Positions 12,975 through 26,039 of a DNA stretch of 64,000 nucleotides are shown here, in pieces. The position numbers and the translations under genes are program-made. The number at the start of each line of letters is the position of its first letter. Position 1 is the stretch's first letter. The DNA is from Oopsacas minuta (Eukaryota; Animalia; Porifera), in assembly GCA_024704765.1 (NCBI GenBank), contig JAKMXF010000332.1, positions 918,984 to 982,983 of the forward strand, given 5' to 3'. The notes under the pieces were generated by a model that did not search any database, was not told the DNA's origin, and saw only the letters and a list, made by a program, of their open reading frames with translations.

Positions 12975-15900
12975 CACAGTGGCTTAGTAGTAATTAATTA
13001 AGAAATTTTTATAGTAATGCTTTCATTCCTTTATGGTTTCATTGTGTTTCTAAACATTCAAGTAGCACCCATTCCAATTTTCGAATCATTTGGTAGCCTA
13101 TTAGTTATGTAAATTTGAATCGAAACTTTGTTGTTTTTGATGCTGAAATTATCGTTTCGGAGAATTCAAAACATAAAAGATATTCACATTGATTCTGATT
13201 CTTTATAGAATATATTAGCGATCTATTGTTTCATCTATTCTAGACAATTTTGTGTCAGATATATTCTAAACTGTATACTTTTCACGTGAAGGATTGTGTA
13301 CCCAGGGTAAAAAATGAATTCCATTATTCCATGCATAAAATTTTGAAAGTGTCTGAAAAAAAAAAGTCAAGGAACTTCAAAGCGAAAATAATACCAGTTG
13401 TTGTTGTTTACAATTTATACTATGTTATATGAAGATGACAGGCGCCGAAACTGTCCGCAACTTTGATTTTTTGGCCACATTCCATTGTCTGTAATCATTG
13501 CTATGGAAATTCCTAAAGTGATATCTGTAACTATGTAATTGAATACCCGTCTAATCCTAATTCTTCTTGGAAATTACTGCACAAAATTAAATTTATGTAC
13601 GTGTGTATATACGTCTACTTATGTTTTCAATCTTACACCTTTATTTTCTCATAGATAATTTATCCGTGATCAATGGCTGAACCAATTGCTCCGATAACTC
13701 CCCCGAATCCCGTCTCGAGTTAGCGAGAATCCTGGAAGCAAATGGCAATTGCGTCCAAACAACTCTGTTGTCTTAGCGATCTCCATGGATTAGACGATGT
13801 CAAGCAGGCTAAACTTGAATTGATTCTACGTAGAATACGAGATATGATTAGAACTTCAAAAAAATCACTTGAAACTTTGCATGGAGATTGGTGGCATTGA
13901 AATTTGCTCAGAATTATTTATAGCTTCACAAACCCCCCAAATAACTAAGTCGGTGCGCCAAAAGAAAGAACTTATCAATCTTTCATTGGAACATCAGCCT
14001 TCCCGCATCTCTAGTGTCCTTGAGTCTATCAGGTCCATCTCGGTAATCGAAAAAACTTCTGAAATTACAATTGCAGCTCTTGCTTTGCAATTGTTGTGCA
14101 ATGAAGAAGACAATCAAGAACTTGCGAGGGTATCTAAATCAATTGTGCAGGGAAATTCTCTGGTCAATTCGGGCGTGCATCCAAAAGCAAAGAATTGGAT
14201 ATGGACATGGCATTATTTCTTTTGGATCTACTAGAGATTGGCAAGAGGAAGTATACTCTACTACGACAACTTTTGTTATCAAATGAAATTCACTTTCCTA
14301 CATATCAGAGGGTGGCCGATCATAGAAATAATTTGTACTACGAAGTATGATTCAACTATACCCGAATCCTACAGCCCCAGTTGGTGTGTGTGTGCCATAC
14401 GCTCAATTTGTCTACCATACATTTTGTAGAATTATGTCCACTCTACCGTCCCCTTCAAATGAGGATTTTCCTCTCCGATTTCAGATTGCCGATGGCTTAG
14501 ATGGATCTGGAAAGCATACCGTATATAATCAACCAAATACGAATACGTCTACCAAATCGTTCATCCTATTTTGCTTCAAAGCAGTACACATTGTCCCTTC
14601 TAGTGGAAAGGAACTTTGGAAAACAACTGCCCGAATTCTTCATTCTCCCAACGTTCAATTTTCCTTCTTGCTGCCACAGAAAATCATGACAATATTCGCC
14701 AATTTTTGAAAGATATCATCAATCCCGAAACAGATCAAATGAAGGACCAAGGTTTCTATTTTGCCAATGATAAACATATATTTGTCGGTGTTTTCCGATC
14801 AATGCTTGATGTTAAAATGGCAAGTATTCTCTCAGGAACAGGAAGTGAGAGTTGCCAACAATGTACTGCAACGCAGAAAGAACTAAAAGATCGTGACTTA
14901 ATTTTGCAAGGCTATCCCATCAATAGAAACATTTCAGACGCCATTCAATTATTTGGAGAACTGGAAGACATTGATGCTTTCTTTTCATTACCAACAAATC
15001 AAAGATTTAACCTGACTCACTAACCATTATCAATTATAGATATTCTAACTGCTTCTCCCTTACATTCCTATACGTGCATTTTTAGATGATTTAATTTACT
15101 TGTGTACCACCTGAATTGTAACAAGCTCACATGGTCACCATCATCAAAAGAAATTAAAGACTCTATGATGGATGTGCGAACCATAGTTCAAGAAGTAACA
15201 GGTCTAAGAATTGGCCAACAGACCCAAAGGAGGTACTACTTCCATAGGTGGTGTGGCTCGAAGAGCTTTTTCAAATGACTCCAAGTTTATTGAATGCGCA
15301 ATGTCTTTGGTTAAGATTGATCATAGGGACTCACCTTGTAAATTGCACACACAATTATCTGTCATTCTTAGAATCATAAATTCAGACAGAAAAATTGGGT
15401 GACCTTTGTACAGACACCTATCTCCTTATTCTTCAATCCTTTCCCTGGGTGAACATTACACCGACTTTACATAAATTACTAGGCCATTCTGAAGAAATAC
15501 TGATGAGATGAACTTTGGGTATGGATTGAAATGCTTTAGCGAAGAAGGATCCGAAGCCTGCAACAAATTAATCAGGAATATAGGGAACATCTAGCAAGGA
15601 AACTTCCTTCGAAGATAATGTCGTTGATATATTTGTCAGACTCTCATCTGAAAGCGATCCTGTGTTAACGAAATATCGATCGACAGTGGTGTGCGAAAAG
15701 TGCTGAGAACACGATCATACCCGAAGAGCTCAGTGCTGTAGAGACAATGCAACAGATTTATTAGAATCATCTATTGATAATATCGTCAAGGGCCTTATTA
15801 TTGATACGATATCGTAACAACGTAGTTTGCTGAATGTTAGCAAATAAAAAGTACAAATAAAACATCCTTTAATATAAGTGCTTATTGTTTTCATCCAGAA

Positions 15901-16317
15901 ATTGTTAGAGTTGATACTATGTATTAGCAAAAAAGATATGAATAATTCTAAAAACGCATTTAGAAGTATGAAGTACAAAAAGCAAAAATTATGAAAAAAT
16001 TGTGTATGACGTCATTTTATAAAATTATGAGTAATTTTGAAATTCTAACAGTCGTAATTGCTTCCATGGATGTGATATACTATACCCAAATAATACAATT
16101 TATAGGGCTAACATTGTTATACAATCAGATATTAAAGAAAAACAAAATTCAGAATAAAGCTATGACGTCAGAACATAATATATAGAAACCTTATAGAATT
16201 TTGAATGCACCAAATGATTCCTAGCATATGATAACCTATATGCTGATAATACGTTATATATGCCTATTTCAAATTGAAATACCCATTCTTTACTAACTCC
16301 CATTTTAAGCCACTGTG
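12975..16317 (+). mobile_element. Complete Transib/RAG1-like DNA transposon, 3,343 bp
   Basis: Perfect 12-bp TIRs CACAGTGGCTTA (12975-12986; reverse complement at 16306-16317). Perfect 5-bp TSD CCACC (12970-12974 and 16318-16322). Internal RAG1-like transposase. Confidence 0.92.
13673..15817 (+). pseudogene. RAG1-like (Transib) transposase with several frameshifts and stops
   Basis: Motifs in order: NBD-like RQKKELINLSLEHQPSRI...KSIVQG; GLDGSG (D at 14500); SMLDVKM (D at 14808); CQQC; TPTLHKLLGHS; FSEEGSEACNKLIR (E at 15553; compare RAG1 SEGNESGNKLFR); C-terminal CEKC*EHDHTRRAQCC. Confidence 0.88.
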
Positions 16318-19099
16318 CCACCTGGGCCAAAGTAGTTGGTGCTCAACGAACCAACGGCACACACGTGACACTCTGGCATCGAGTCCTTAAGTCCACCACG
16401 GAAGGCCTCCACTGAAGGGACCTCTAAGCTAAGGAGAAAAACTCTACTTAAGTGTAGGAAAATCCCCAGAGCCCCAGCACCTAACCAACCAAACTTAGCG
16501 AACTCACTTGAACTGGAGTAAACCAAACGAGGTAACATAAATCAGTAGGAGTACGCTCAATCTAAAAATTGAACCAATTAATGTTGAGGCGCCAGTCTGC
16601 TTGATGTACGATTTACCCAAGGTTACTGCACACCGTGCCACCTGTTCATCGATGAAGAGATAACATATACCCAGGGTAACGCCCTTTTTCGACAGGAGGG
16701 GTCCGAAGATCTTCCCCTGAAGGGAGCTAGTAGTAGTGGAAGATTAAAGGTAATCATATGCCACAGCGCTGCAGTAGGGTTAATGTCATAGTACAAGCTA
16801 CATACTGACAGTAAACTAATACCAAATTAGATGCCGATGGCAAGGCTAGGACAAGGCACTAGAGAATAGTATCCGAGACTTTAACCTTTATGCTACCCTG
16901 GTAGCATAAGAAAATGAATTTAGTGATACCATAAGCTGTATAATTGACTATTTAGCAAGTCTAACCATAGCCTTCTCTCAATAAGGCCTATCAAATGTAC
17001 AGTACACACTCGTTAATTCGAACAACACTGTTGTAATTGCAGAATTTTTCGTTAAGATTAGCAAAATTCATTTCAACAAGACTATAGAATCTAGGAATCA
17101 TTATTTCGAAAATAGTACAAAGATGAGAAGGTGGACACAATTCTAATATTTAAGTTGTTTAATACGTGTTTCAATGAAGATGTATTACGTATAATTCGTA
17201 AGTATTTTATATAACGTAGTATACCTTCTACCCACAATTTTTGGTGACGTAACTACTATTAGGCTGATTTCCGGATTAGATATTCTGCATGCCAAGTTAA
17301 TTCTTGAATTTGATAAATCTAAGCATGGTTGACAAAATTATATTATACTTGATGATAATGTAATTTATACAATCTAACATTGTCAGATCTCCGATTTCTA
17401 GATTATCTAAAAGTATGATATGTTCAAGTAGATAACTTATAAGGTATTATACATTGCGTACGTGTTATACGCTTTACAAGTATTCTTAAACTTAGTCTAA
17501 TATAGAGTTCGATAATTTTCTGCGTTAGAATTGGATATGTATTGGTCCTTTTGTATAATTGTAGACAATTTTCCAATGATTGTATAAGCTTTGGATTCTA
17601 ATACTGTGCGAAATGGTTTCGTACACCACATACAGTATATTTATGCTCGAGTAAATGTATTACAGATAACTTAGAAATCATGTTTCTGGAAAATGAAGCA
17701 CAAATCCTAAGTAGAAAATTCGAGGTTGATGTTAGGTTGTATATAGAGATGGCTATGGTTTAACCGATTACTTACTATTTGAGGCACTGTGCCCTACAAG
17801 TAAGACCTAATCTAAAACGTTGACAAAATGGTGATTGTTACATGTATGTATTTGTCGTTTGTGTCTATCCGAATATACTTGATAATTTTCTAACAAAAAA
17901 TAACTTTTCTGAAAAATTTCATTTGTGACGTCAGAGATTTCAACTTCAATATTGATGACATCATCTTAAAATCGCCATATCTCGGATTATTATGAACCAA
18001 CGAATTGCTTCGCTTTTTCCAGTGATATATAGATTCGTGCTATGAAATGTATAACGTGAGCTACGTAATATAGAGCCTTGGGTAGATTCAGAAATGGTCC
18101 AGGGATATGTTACCAGGCCTTGTAATAAATAGTGAACTAAATAAATTCAAAAGCTAAGCGTTTTTGCTCCAAGAAATGTATTGCATGTTTGTAGAACAAA
18201 TTCTCAAGCATTATATTCGAAAAAATTGGTCTAGCAAATTCATATTGTATAAACGACTTCGCATAGTTCAAATTTGTATCCTGGAATCGGTATTGAGGTC
18301 GATGGGGTAAACGTGAAGATAATACATTCCAATGGGGATAGAGATTATTGAAGGGAGGTTGGTGCAGGTATGAAAACTCGGAAAGAAGGAAGGAGTAAAT
18401 CAAATGTCAATAACTAGAGAAGGACAAAAGAAAAGATGGGAGAACAGTGATCCGTATAAGAGAAAGGCTGTAAATTTCGTATAGCGAATCCTGTAGAAGA
18501 ATATGGACTCTAAGAAAGGGGCAAATCCAAACAGTAAAAGAAAGTATAATGTAAAAATGTAGTGTAGCAAATCTGTATAGGAACTAGTACAATGGAAATT
18601 TGTCCCGCTAAAAGTAAATAGTGCACTGCAAAAATTCTGTGGCTGAAAGTTAGACCGAAATTATTGTATATCAGTGTTTCTCAAATGGCTATATTTGGAT
18701 AAGATATGCATCATACCAATTTCTAAATCAATTCTTTGTTCAAATTTGGTTAAGATAGAAATGTTGGCCAAGTTTGGTCAAATTGAGCAATCAACGACGG
18801 GAATATCTCGTGCGACAGGCTAGCAAAACTATACCACCACCGCTTTAGAAACCCCTGTAATACATTATAATTATGTCACATTATCTCGCATGTATGCATC
18901 TGCGAACACAGTAAGAATACCAAAACTTTGCCCAAACCTTATGTTGCTATCCATCTACTATTATTGCTAGGAATAACGATTGTCAAACATTGAATAATCA
19001 GATAACCAACCAGTGATGGTGTTTAGAGTGTGATAGATAGGTAAATATTCCATGAATAATTACAAAGAGACAAGGCTTATGGATTCTATACAAAACGTG

Positions 19100-19500
19100 A
19101 CTACATACATAAGAACAAGGTTTAGAAAATGACAACCAAAACAGGAAATAAGATAGTAAGGCAGATATAGCTGGTCGTGCCTGCAGTGTATCTACCTAGG
19201 CAAGTGGGAGTGACCCGAAGTAGCAAGGGTTCATGCTGAGTGGACCAAGGGGATGATTTCTAAGGATAACTTTGTCATCGCCTTTCAGGGAGATGATAGC
19301 CTATAGCTAAAATTATTGGGCAGCGCTATCACAGGAAGTTGGATTTGCATTCAACATTCAGCAGAATTCGACTATTGGGCTTCACCACACCATCTTATGT
19401 ACGGCACCCTTATGCTCTTCAGCTGAAGCTTGGGCCTATCAAGAGCTAGAGGACATGGAAACTTGAACAGGGAGGAACATTCTCTCACAATCTCAGCCTG
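19100..19500 (+). mobile_element. Possible LINE (RTE-like) reverse-transcriptase C-terminal remnant
   Basis: Broken-frame motifs IYLG and LMYG...EAW resemble the YLG and LLYGxEAW motifs of RTE RTs. Heavily decayed. Confidence 0.3.
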
Positions 19501-19508
19501 GCACGAAT

Positions 19509-19561
19509 CCCAGCTGGATGGTTATACCCAATTTCTAGTTGGGTATAACCATCCAGCTGGG
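19509..19561. repeat. Perfect 23-bp-stem inverted repeat with 7-nt loop
   Basis: cccagctggatggttatacccaa - tttctag - ttgggtataaccatccagctggg. Confidence 0.95.
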
Positions 19562-22500
19562 TGGTAACTTCATGTGACTTTGAAATCTAAGGGTGGCATA
19601 AATTAAATCAGCTGGGCAAAACTACTGTAGGGGTCGAAATTACCGCGCTCAGAGCCTCCTTTTGTTCCATTCGAAAAGTGACTCGAAATATATCTTGAAT
19701 CAATCACATGGTTCACAGTTTGTTTCCATGACTTATCTGGATTCTATGGAATATATTTACATCTATTTTAGATAATGCTATCGTACTAAGTCTTAAGTAG
19801 TACATTCAAATATTTTTGTACTTTGGAGATCCCAAAGCCCCTCAATATCCCACCCTCCAGTTAATTCCAACTCCCTGTTTATTCGGACCCCTAGAGTAGG
19901 TTATGACTATAGTGCCGGCAACGACACAAATATTCATAAAGTGTCGGCAACGGCACATTATGGATAAATACCTGGGTGGTGGAAATTTTCTTCTGAATGT
20001 ATAGGCAGCTAAAAAACCAATTCGCCACTCCAACACCGCAAAGCCTGTCTCTAAATGACTAATTCCACTTCTAAAGGTGTAATAGTCACAAATTTATTGG
20101 AAATTCACGTACAACAACTTAAGTTCTGGCTCAATATTCTCTAAACTACATCCAAGCCTGCTGCCGCTGTCACATAGTCAATTTCCCCTTTCGTATTTAT
20201 CCGGGTGGGCCAAAACTATATAGGAATTTTCCCACTCGGGAAAATACTACATATTATTCTTCCCCCTATCACAAATTTCAATTTTACTAATCACATTTGA
20301 TCGAAATGGCTATTAATTCTGCATAAAATTTGATTACAGATAATAGAAAGTACCAATGCTGCAGATCTAATGTGAAAAATCTAAAGAGAGGAATAAATCA
20401 TAAAAATTCGAAGAACTATTCTCGAAGGAATTATAGTCAAATCCATAGAACAACAACTGCGTAGAAATATATTTATAACTATCACGAAACAAAGGCTATT
20501 ATCTCCCGTATTTCACAAAAATTACAGGAGATGATAGCCGAATTCGTTGATATTTCATACTAAAAACAACAATTAGTAAGAATTGTCAACTTGTTTAACA
20601 AAATCTTTGAATAGGGTGAGCTTTACTATCCTGATAATTTCACCATTAGCTGGATTTATACACATTCAACATTTGTTCCATAAGTAGTCAATTGTGGCAG
20701 ACTGATATAATGGACACAATTAATATTGGAGTTAGCACTACAGTGGGCAACCGTTAAGCACGTGCAATGATGTCAAAAACGATTTTCACTTTATACAAAT
20801 ATCTGATCTGACTTCCTCTCAACGGGTACATAGTAAAAAGGTATGCTGAATGCGAATTTATCACTTGATTATTTGTCATTTTGCCATTTGTAGTTTATTT
20901 TTATTTTCTTTGATACTTTTATATGGCAATCGAATAAACCAGCCCAAGCCTTCGCTTGGAAGCATTTGATCATCCCAAAATACTTCGGTCCACCCGCTGA
21001 GAAACTGGTTGCTCAGGTAACTCAGGGTTGGGGTCGATAAAGTTGCTATATCCTTAAGTTTGAAGCTATCCTCACAAAGGAACCATTTCTAAATATTAAG
21101 ATGAAAATATTTAAGGAAATATACTTCGATAGCCTAGTCCAAACAGAAATTGATCACGGTTGCGAAATATTGGGCTACTGTTGTAAAAAATTCCAAAATG
21201 ATTTATATAATCCAAAAAATTTTGGGAGATATATCCTCAAGGCCATGTATACAAAATTATTTGTTTTTCGTCCGGATTTCTAATTGTTTTCATTATTGTA
21301 GTTATTTACGCGTCTAGTGAATTTTGTACAAATAATTGTTTCGAAATATTTTGAAAAGTATTTTGGACATGAGTTAATTAAAATCTATTTACTTTTATGA
21401 TGCTACGAGGGAGCGTAGCGAGAGACAAGACAAAATTAGAGTTTCCAGAGGTGTGGAAATTCACACACTTTTAGAATTACAATGGTTAACGAAGAAATTC
21501 TCAATGGTCCTTGAAGCTCCTTTACCTTGCCCTGCTTCGGGCCTGTATGCCATTCTTACCATATTCTGAAATTTTCACATATCTCTAAAACTTATTGCGG
21601 AATCTCTAAAACAGAGGACGGCCAGCTTTGAGCCTGCGGGCCAAATTGAAGTATTTGGTTTATTACCCGTCCGATCAAAACAGACTTTTATACGAACGAA
21701 CCAACTATCGAATTATCGTATTGCAATTCAAATAATATCTATTTTATGTTAAAATATTTGGCATAATTTCCTATTCATATTTTAGTTACCTATCATAACC
21801 TATTCAATTCTCTGAACAGAGGCACAAATTCTTATCAGATTATTGTCGTATATAACTATCAACCGTTGCAAATAAATAACTGGACCAAGTGGGAGAATTC
21901 TCTGGACATTTCTAACGCGGTCGCAATCAAATTTTTCATCCACTTCCAGCTCGCTCGTATTATACAAATACTATAAAATGTATTGAATCATTTAGATAAA
22001 CTATTACAATGGAAAGAGTTTGTGTTCAGGCATAATCAGTGGATAATGTGGACGTCAAGATCATACCAGTCATATACATATTCAAGAATATTTATGGATA
22101 ATTGGACAAAAAACACATCTATTAATTGATCAATGGAGTCGCTACTCCCAAGCGCTTCGTTATAACTTTAGTTAACGATATAGTATATTATATAAGTTAG
22201 TGGTATTATTTTGAATGTACATAAAATGGTACTGTAAGCTAACTGAATATCATATCCATCATATCAAATCATAGCAAATGAAATAAATGATTTGACAATT
22301 CCACAAGGCTGAATAAATCTGCGTTCAGGATATTCCGCTTAGCGGGTCTAGGGTAATCAACCCCTGCTCTAAGATGACTGGGTTTCAGGATTACGTTACA
22401 TTTGTAAGAGTAATAATAGCAAAATGTATTACAAAGGTATGCAAAGTCTGACATATAGAAAAAATTGGATACTGATTGGACAATAACTTTAAGAATTATC

Positions 22501-23282
22501 GATTTTAATTAGATATTCAGAAATATTGGCGACCTTTTTCTTTATTATTGTAACTCTAGCCACTTTTGTATTGCGAATATTTTAGATATTTTGTGTATAA
22601 GTATCTTTGGATCATTTCATATCACTTTGAAGTGAATATCCAATATTTAACGTTTTCTAACACATCAAAAAATGCCACATTTTATCAAATTTATGCTTGC
22701 TAAACACATATTTTGCAACCATCCTGAGATTTCTTTATACTTAATTGTTTATTAAGTATAAAGAAATTTCAACAAATGTGTAACACAATTATCCGTGCAT
22801 CAATCTACTTAAGTTTATGTACTGTATAGGTGTTATAATCACAGATATACTGCTCTTCTGAATTTCAGTAATTATTTCAAAGTGGAATTATCCAAATAAT
22901 CATGAAACATCTCTATAGAAATTGGATGAATATCCAGTATATAATCTGCGAACATAATAACGAATTATCTATAAATTCAGATTTTTCTATTTGGTCATCA
23001 CTCAATGTTTAATAATATTTCACAATTTCAATGAGTATATAATGCAATTATTGTTTTATCAGCTATTGTTTGGCCTGTTTATATATCCATTGTAATTACT
23101 TGACGAACTCAAACTTTTCTATCTATAAGTTTTATGGAATTCATTATCTGTGTATAAAATAATATGATTATACTTAAGTTGTCATTATGTTTACTTGTTT
23201 GCATAAATTTATCCTAAACAAGCGATAAATCACATATTGAACTTGTTAACTCACGTAGTAATCTAAATAACCATTGTATATA

Positions 23283-23449
23283 CAGTAGAACTCGGATAAG
23301 GTGTACTCCCTCGGGAAATGAAATTTTCTTAAGAATGTCTTATCCGAGTATTCTTCTCATACTATTTGTACAAGAATTGATAAACCGTCGGGAGAAACTA
23401 GGTACTAACCGAGAGTACGTCTTAAGCCGAGTGGTAATGATTTCTACTG
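23283..23449 (+). mobile_element. Tc1/pogo-type MITE immediately upstream of NDUFS3
   Basis: ta|cagtagaa ... ttctactg|ta, with TA target-site duplication. Confidence 0.75.
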
Positions 23450-23472
23450 TAATCTTTTTTATAGTTTTTTAT

Positions 23473-24177
23473 ATGTTGATACTCCCTCTACGAGTATTTT
23501 CCCGTTTGAAACCGATCTGTTTTTCCCGATATTCATCAATTGTTTTCCGAAATTCACTTACTCTTTCAACCTCTCGTGGTAAATATTTCTCAGGAAATTC
23601 TCTCTCTATTTATGGCTCATTTGTGCAAGAAATGTTGCCGCGATTTGTTCAACAAACTCGCCTGTCGAATGAACATGAATTAGAGATATTAATTGACCCG
23701 GATGGTGTTATTCCTGTTTTGATGTTTCTCCGTGATAATCACAATTGTCAATTTTGTCAGCTTTTGGATATTACAGCGTTAGATATTCCTACAAGGAAAT
23801 TCAGGTTTGAAATTGTTTATATTTTGCTTTCAATACAATTCAACGCTCGCATTAGAGTAAAGACTTATACTGATGAGTTGACTGCAATGGATTCTGTAAC
23901 TTCCTTGTATACTTCTGCTAATTGGGCAGAGAGAGAATTGTGGGACATGTTTGGTATATTCTTTAATGATCACCCAGATCTGAGAAGAATTTTGACAGAT
24001 TATGGTTTTGAGGGTCATCCATTTAGGAAAGATTTCCCGTTGTCTGGTTTTGTAGAAGTTCGGTATGATGCTGAGGTGAAAAGAGTGGTGTGTGAACCTT
24101 TAGAATTAAGTCAAGAATTCAGAAAATTCGAACTACTTGCACCTTGGGAACAATTCTCAAAGCACTCCAGATTGTGA
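23473..24177 (+). CDS. NDUFS3: NADH:ubiquinone oxidoreductase 30-kDa subunit (complex I, Nad9/NuoC family), intronless CDS
   Basis: Reads [47 protein letters not shown]...[50 protein letters not shown]. The Arg/Ser-rich, transit-peptide-like N-terminus starts at the Met at 23473; the earlier in-frame ATG lies inside the MITE. Confidence 0.95.
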   Translation: MLILPLRVFSRLKPICFSRYSSIVFRNSLTLSTSRGKYFSGNSLSIYGSFVQEMLPRFVQQTRLSNEHELEILIDPDGVIPVLMFLRDNHNCQFCQLLDITALDIPTRKFRFEIVYILLSIQFNARIRVKTYTDELTAMDSVTSLYTSANWAERELWDMFGIFFNDHPDLRRILTDYGFEGHPFRKDFPLSGFVEVRYDAEVKRVVCEPLELSQEFRKFELLAPWEQFSKHSRL

Positions 24178-24853
24178 AGATTACCTACGAGTACTCATGT
24201 AGATAGTTTCATACATGGTGCAATATGATTTTCATTATATCTATATGTATTATCCGAAAACTGCAAGTTGTACTTTGCAGGATACATATAACTAACATAT
24301 ATATACATTACCCTTCGTTATAAATTTAAGTATAATTGTTACGGTAACATTGATATTTATCTTAGCAAGCAATATTTCCTTCATCTGAGTAGCTCGCCAC
24401 ATAATAATATCTTCGTGCCCGTGGAAATGACACTTCGTGTGCGTCTTGAATAAAAATGGGTCTATCCTATGTTTATTCGTTTGAACCCTAATTATTGTTT
24501 GTTCGAATTAATTGAGCAACCGTTATGGCATCGGACCGGATGCTAATTTGTCCGAATGGGCTAAATCTTTCACGTTCCGACATTTTTTACCATTATAATT
24601 TATATTGCCTCTCAAAAGTGATAGACAATATAGTCGCTAATCTCTCGTATCACTTTGACAAGTAACAGAACTGAAGGTTATGAAATTGAAGAATTTCATT
24701 TATTTTCGTATGTGCCATTTAACGTTACGTAGCCCTTCCAAATGTGGAGGGGGCAACAACAATGTTGCACCCTGTATGTTGTCTGATTGCATCATTTATT
24801 GTAGGCTTAGCTATACATAATATGCTTCGTTAAAAATGTATGAATTGAGATTA

Positions 24854-25096
24854 CCGTATTTCCTTGACTAGTAGTCAGGGCGATTATTTATTTCAAGCCC
24901 CTTATTAGGGAAGTTACGATCTTGGTAAACATGTAAACTCTGCATAATCATACCTATTGATGTATGTCATGTGTTTTGATCATAACTAACAGTATATACA
25001 CCAATACCCGGGGAATAAATATTCATTGTAGGCTGTTATGATTCTTAGCATCCCTCAAGGGCGATATTCGGAGAGTTACTATTCAAGGAAGTAAGG
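24854..25096. mobile_element. TA-flanked MITE (pogo-like termini)
   Basis: ta|ccgtatttccttgactagtag versus reverse-complement end ta|ccttacttccttgaatagtaa. Confidence 0.6.
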
Positions 25097-26039
25097 TATA
25101 TGATACAAAAACACTTCAAATTTGCCACCCCATCCACTTGTGATAGGTTTTATGTTCAGTAGATATGCTTTATAATTTAATGGAACCGATAAAGTATGGT
25201 CTCCCAGACTGCCACGTTTGAACTCCCCATTACGAAAAATAATTTTAATTTTGTAATCTTATCACCTTCTGCAAATGTTCATGTTTTTGGATAGGGAATA
25301 TTCATTTTCACTGCTTGAATTATGCCGGACCATCTAATAAGTCAACGAGATATGCTCTGCATAATTCGAAATATACATAATGGTGTAACACGGACCCGTA
25401 GAATTCAATATGCTAGCAGAATTGTTACATCTCAATGAGTTTTGCGCAATTAGGAATTGAATATGTAATTAGTTCATTAGTTATTTTATGAGCCACTTGT
25501 GGCTATAAAAGATCTTATTATAAAAATTTTTCAAGGATTTAGGCAGGATAATTGATCAATCAGGTTTGAGGGTTTATCATTTAGTATCATATTGGATTAC
25601 AGTTGATACACCATAGGCTATTTAGGAATATACCGTAAGATAATATGTTTGATATTTTTTGGTTCCACAAAGCTACAATACATTGACATATTACAATGCA
25701 ATTAATCAGTATATATATATATATCCACTACACACTTCGCTTGCTAGGTCATTGCACAACTGCTTAGCGCTCCAGATTAGCTTAAGTATTAATGAAACAG
25801 TTAAATTTTATTCTGTTTTTTGGTCGCAACGCTACAGAATATCCTCACTACCATGTGTCCCATATTCACAAAATAGCTGATATTTTAAGATTATATTATC
25901 CATTGCCTATCCAAATTACATTCAATGGCCTTCTGTGGTGACACTGAAGATGCTGTGTCGCTTTGGTATAGTACTCTCTGCACTTCATCCCTCTGTTATT
26001 ATTAGGAAATTCTGAAAATTTTGATTGTTTTGTACAGTC

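Noticed and set aside
12975-13015. A full RSS (heptamer, 12/23 spacer, nonamer ACAAAAACC) at the Transib ends
   Set aside because: Neither end has a nonamer-like sequence 12 or 23 bp from the heptamer; only the heptamer is RSS-like.
15818-16305. A RAG2-like gene inside the Transib element
   Set aside because: Only about 490 bp (3') and about 690 bp (5') of AT-rich sequence remain, with no kelch- or PHD-like ORF.
23335-23472. N-terminal 46 aa of the 280-aa NDUFS3 ORF
   Set aside because: Encoded mostly by a TA-flanked MITE; not homologous to NDUFS3.
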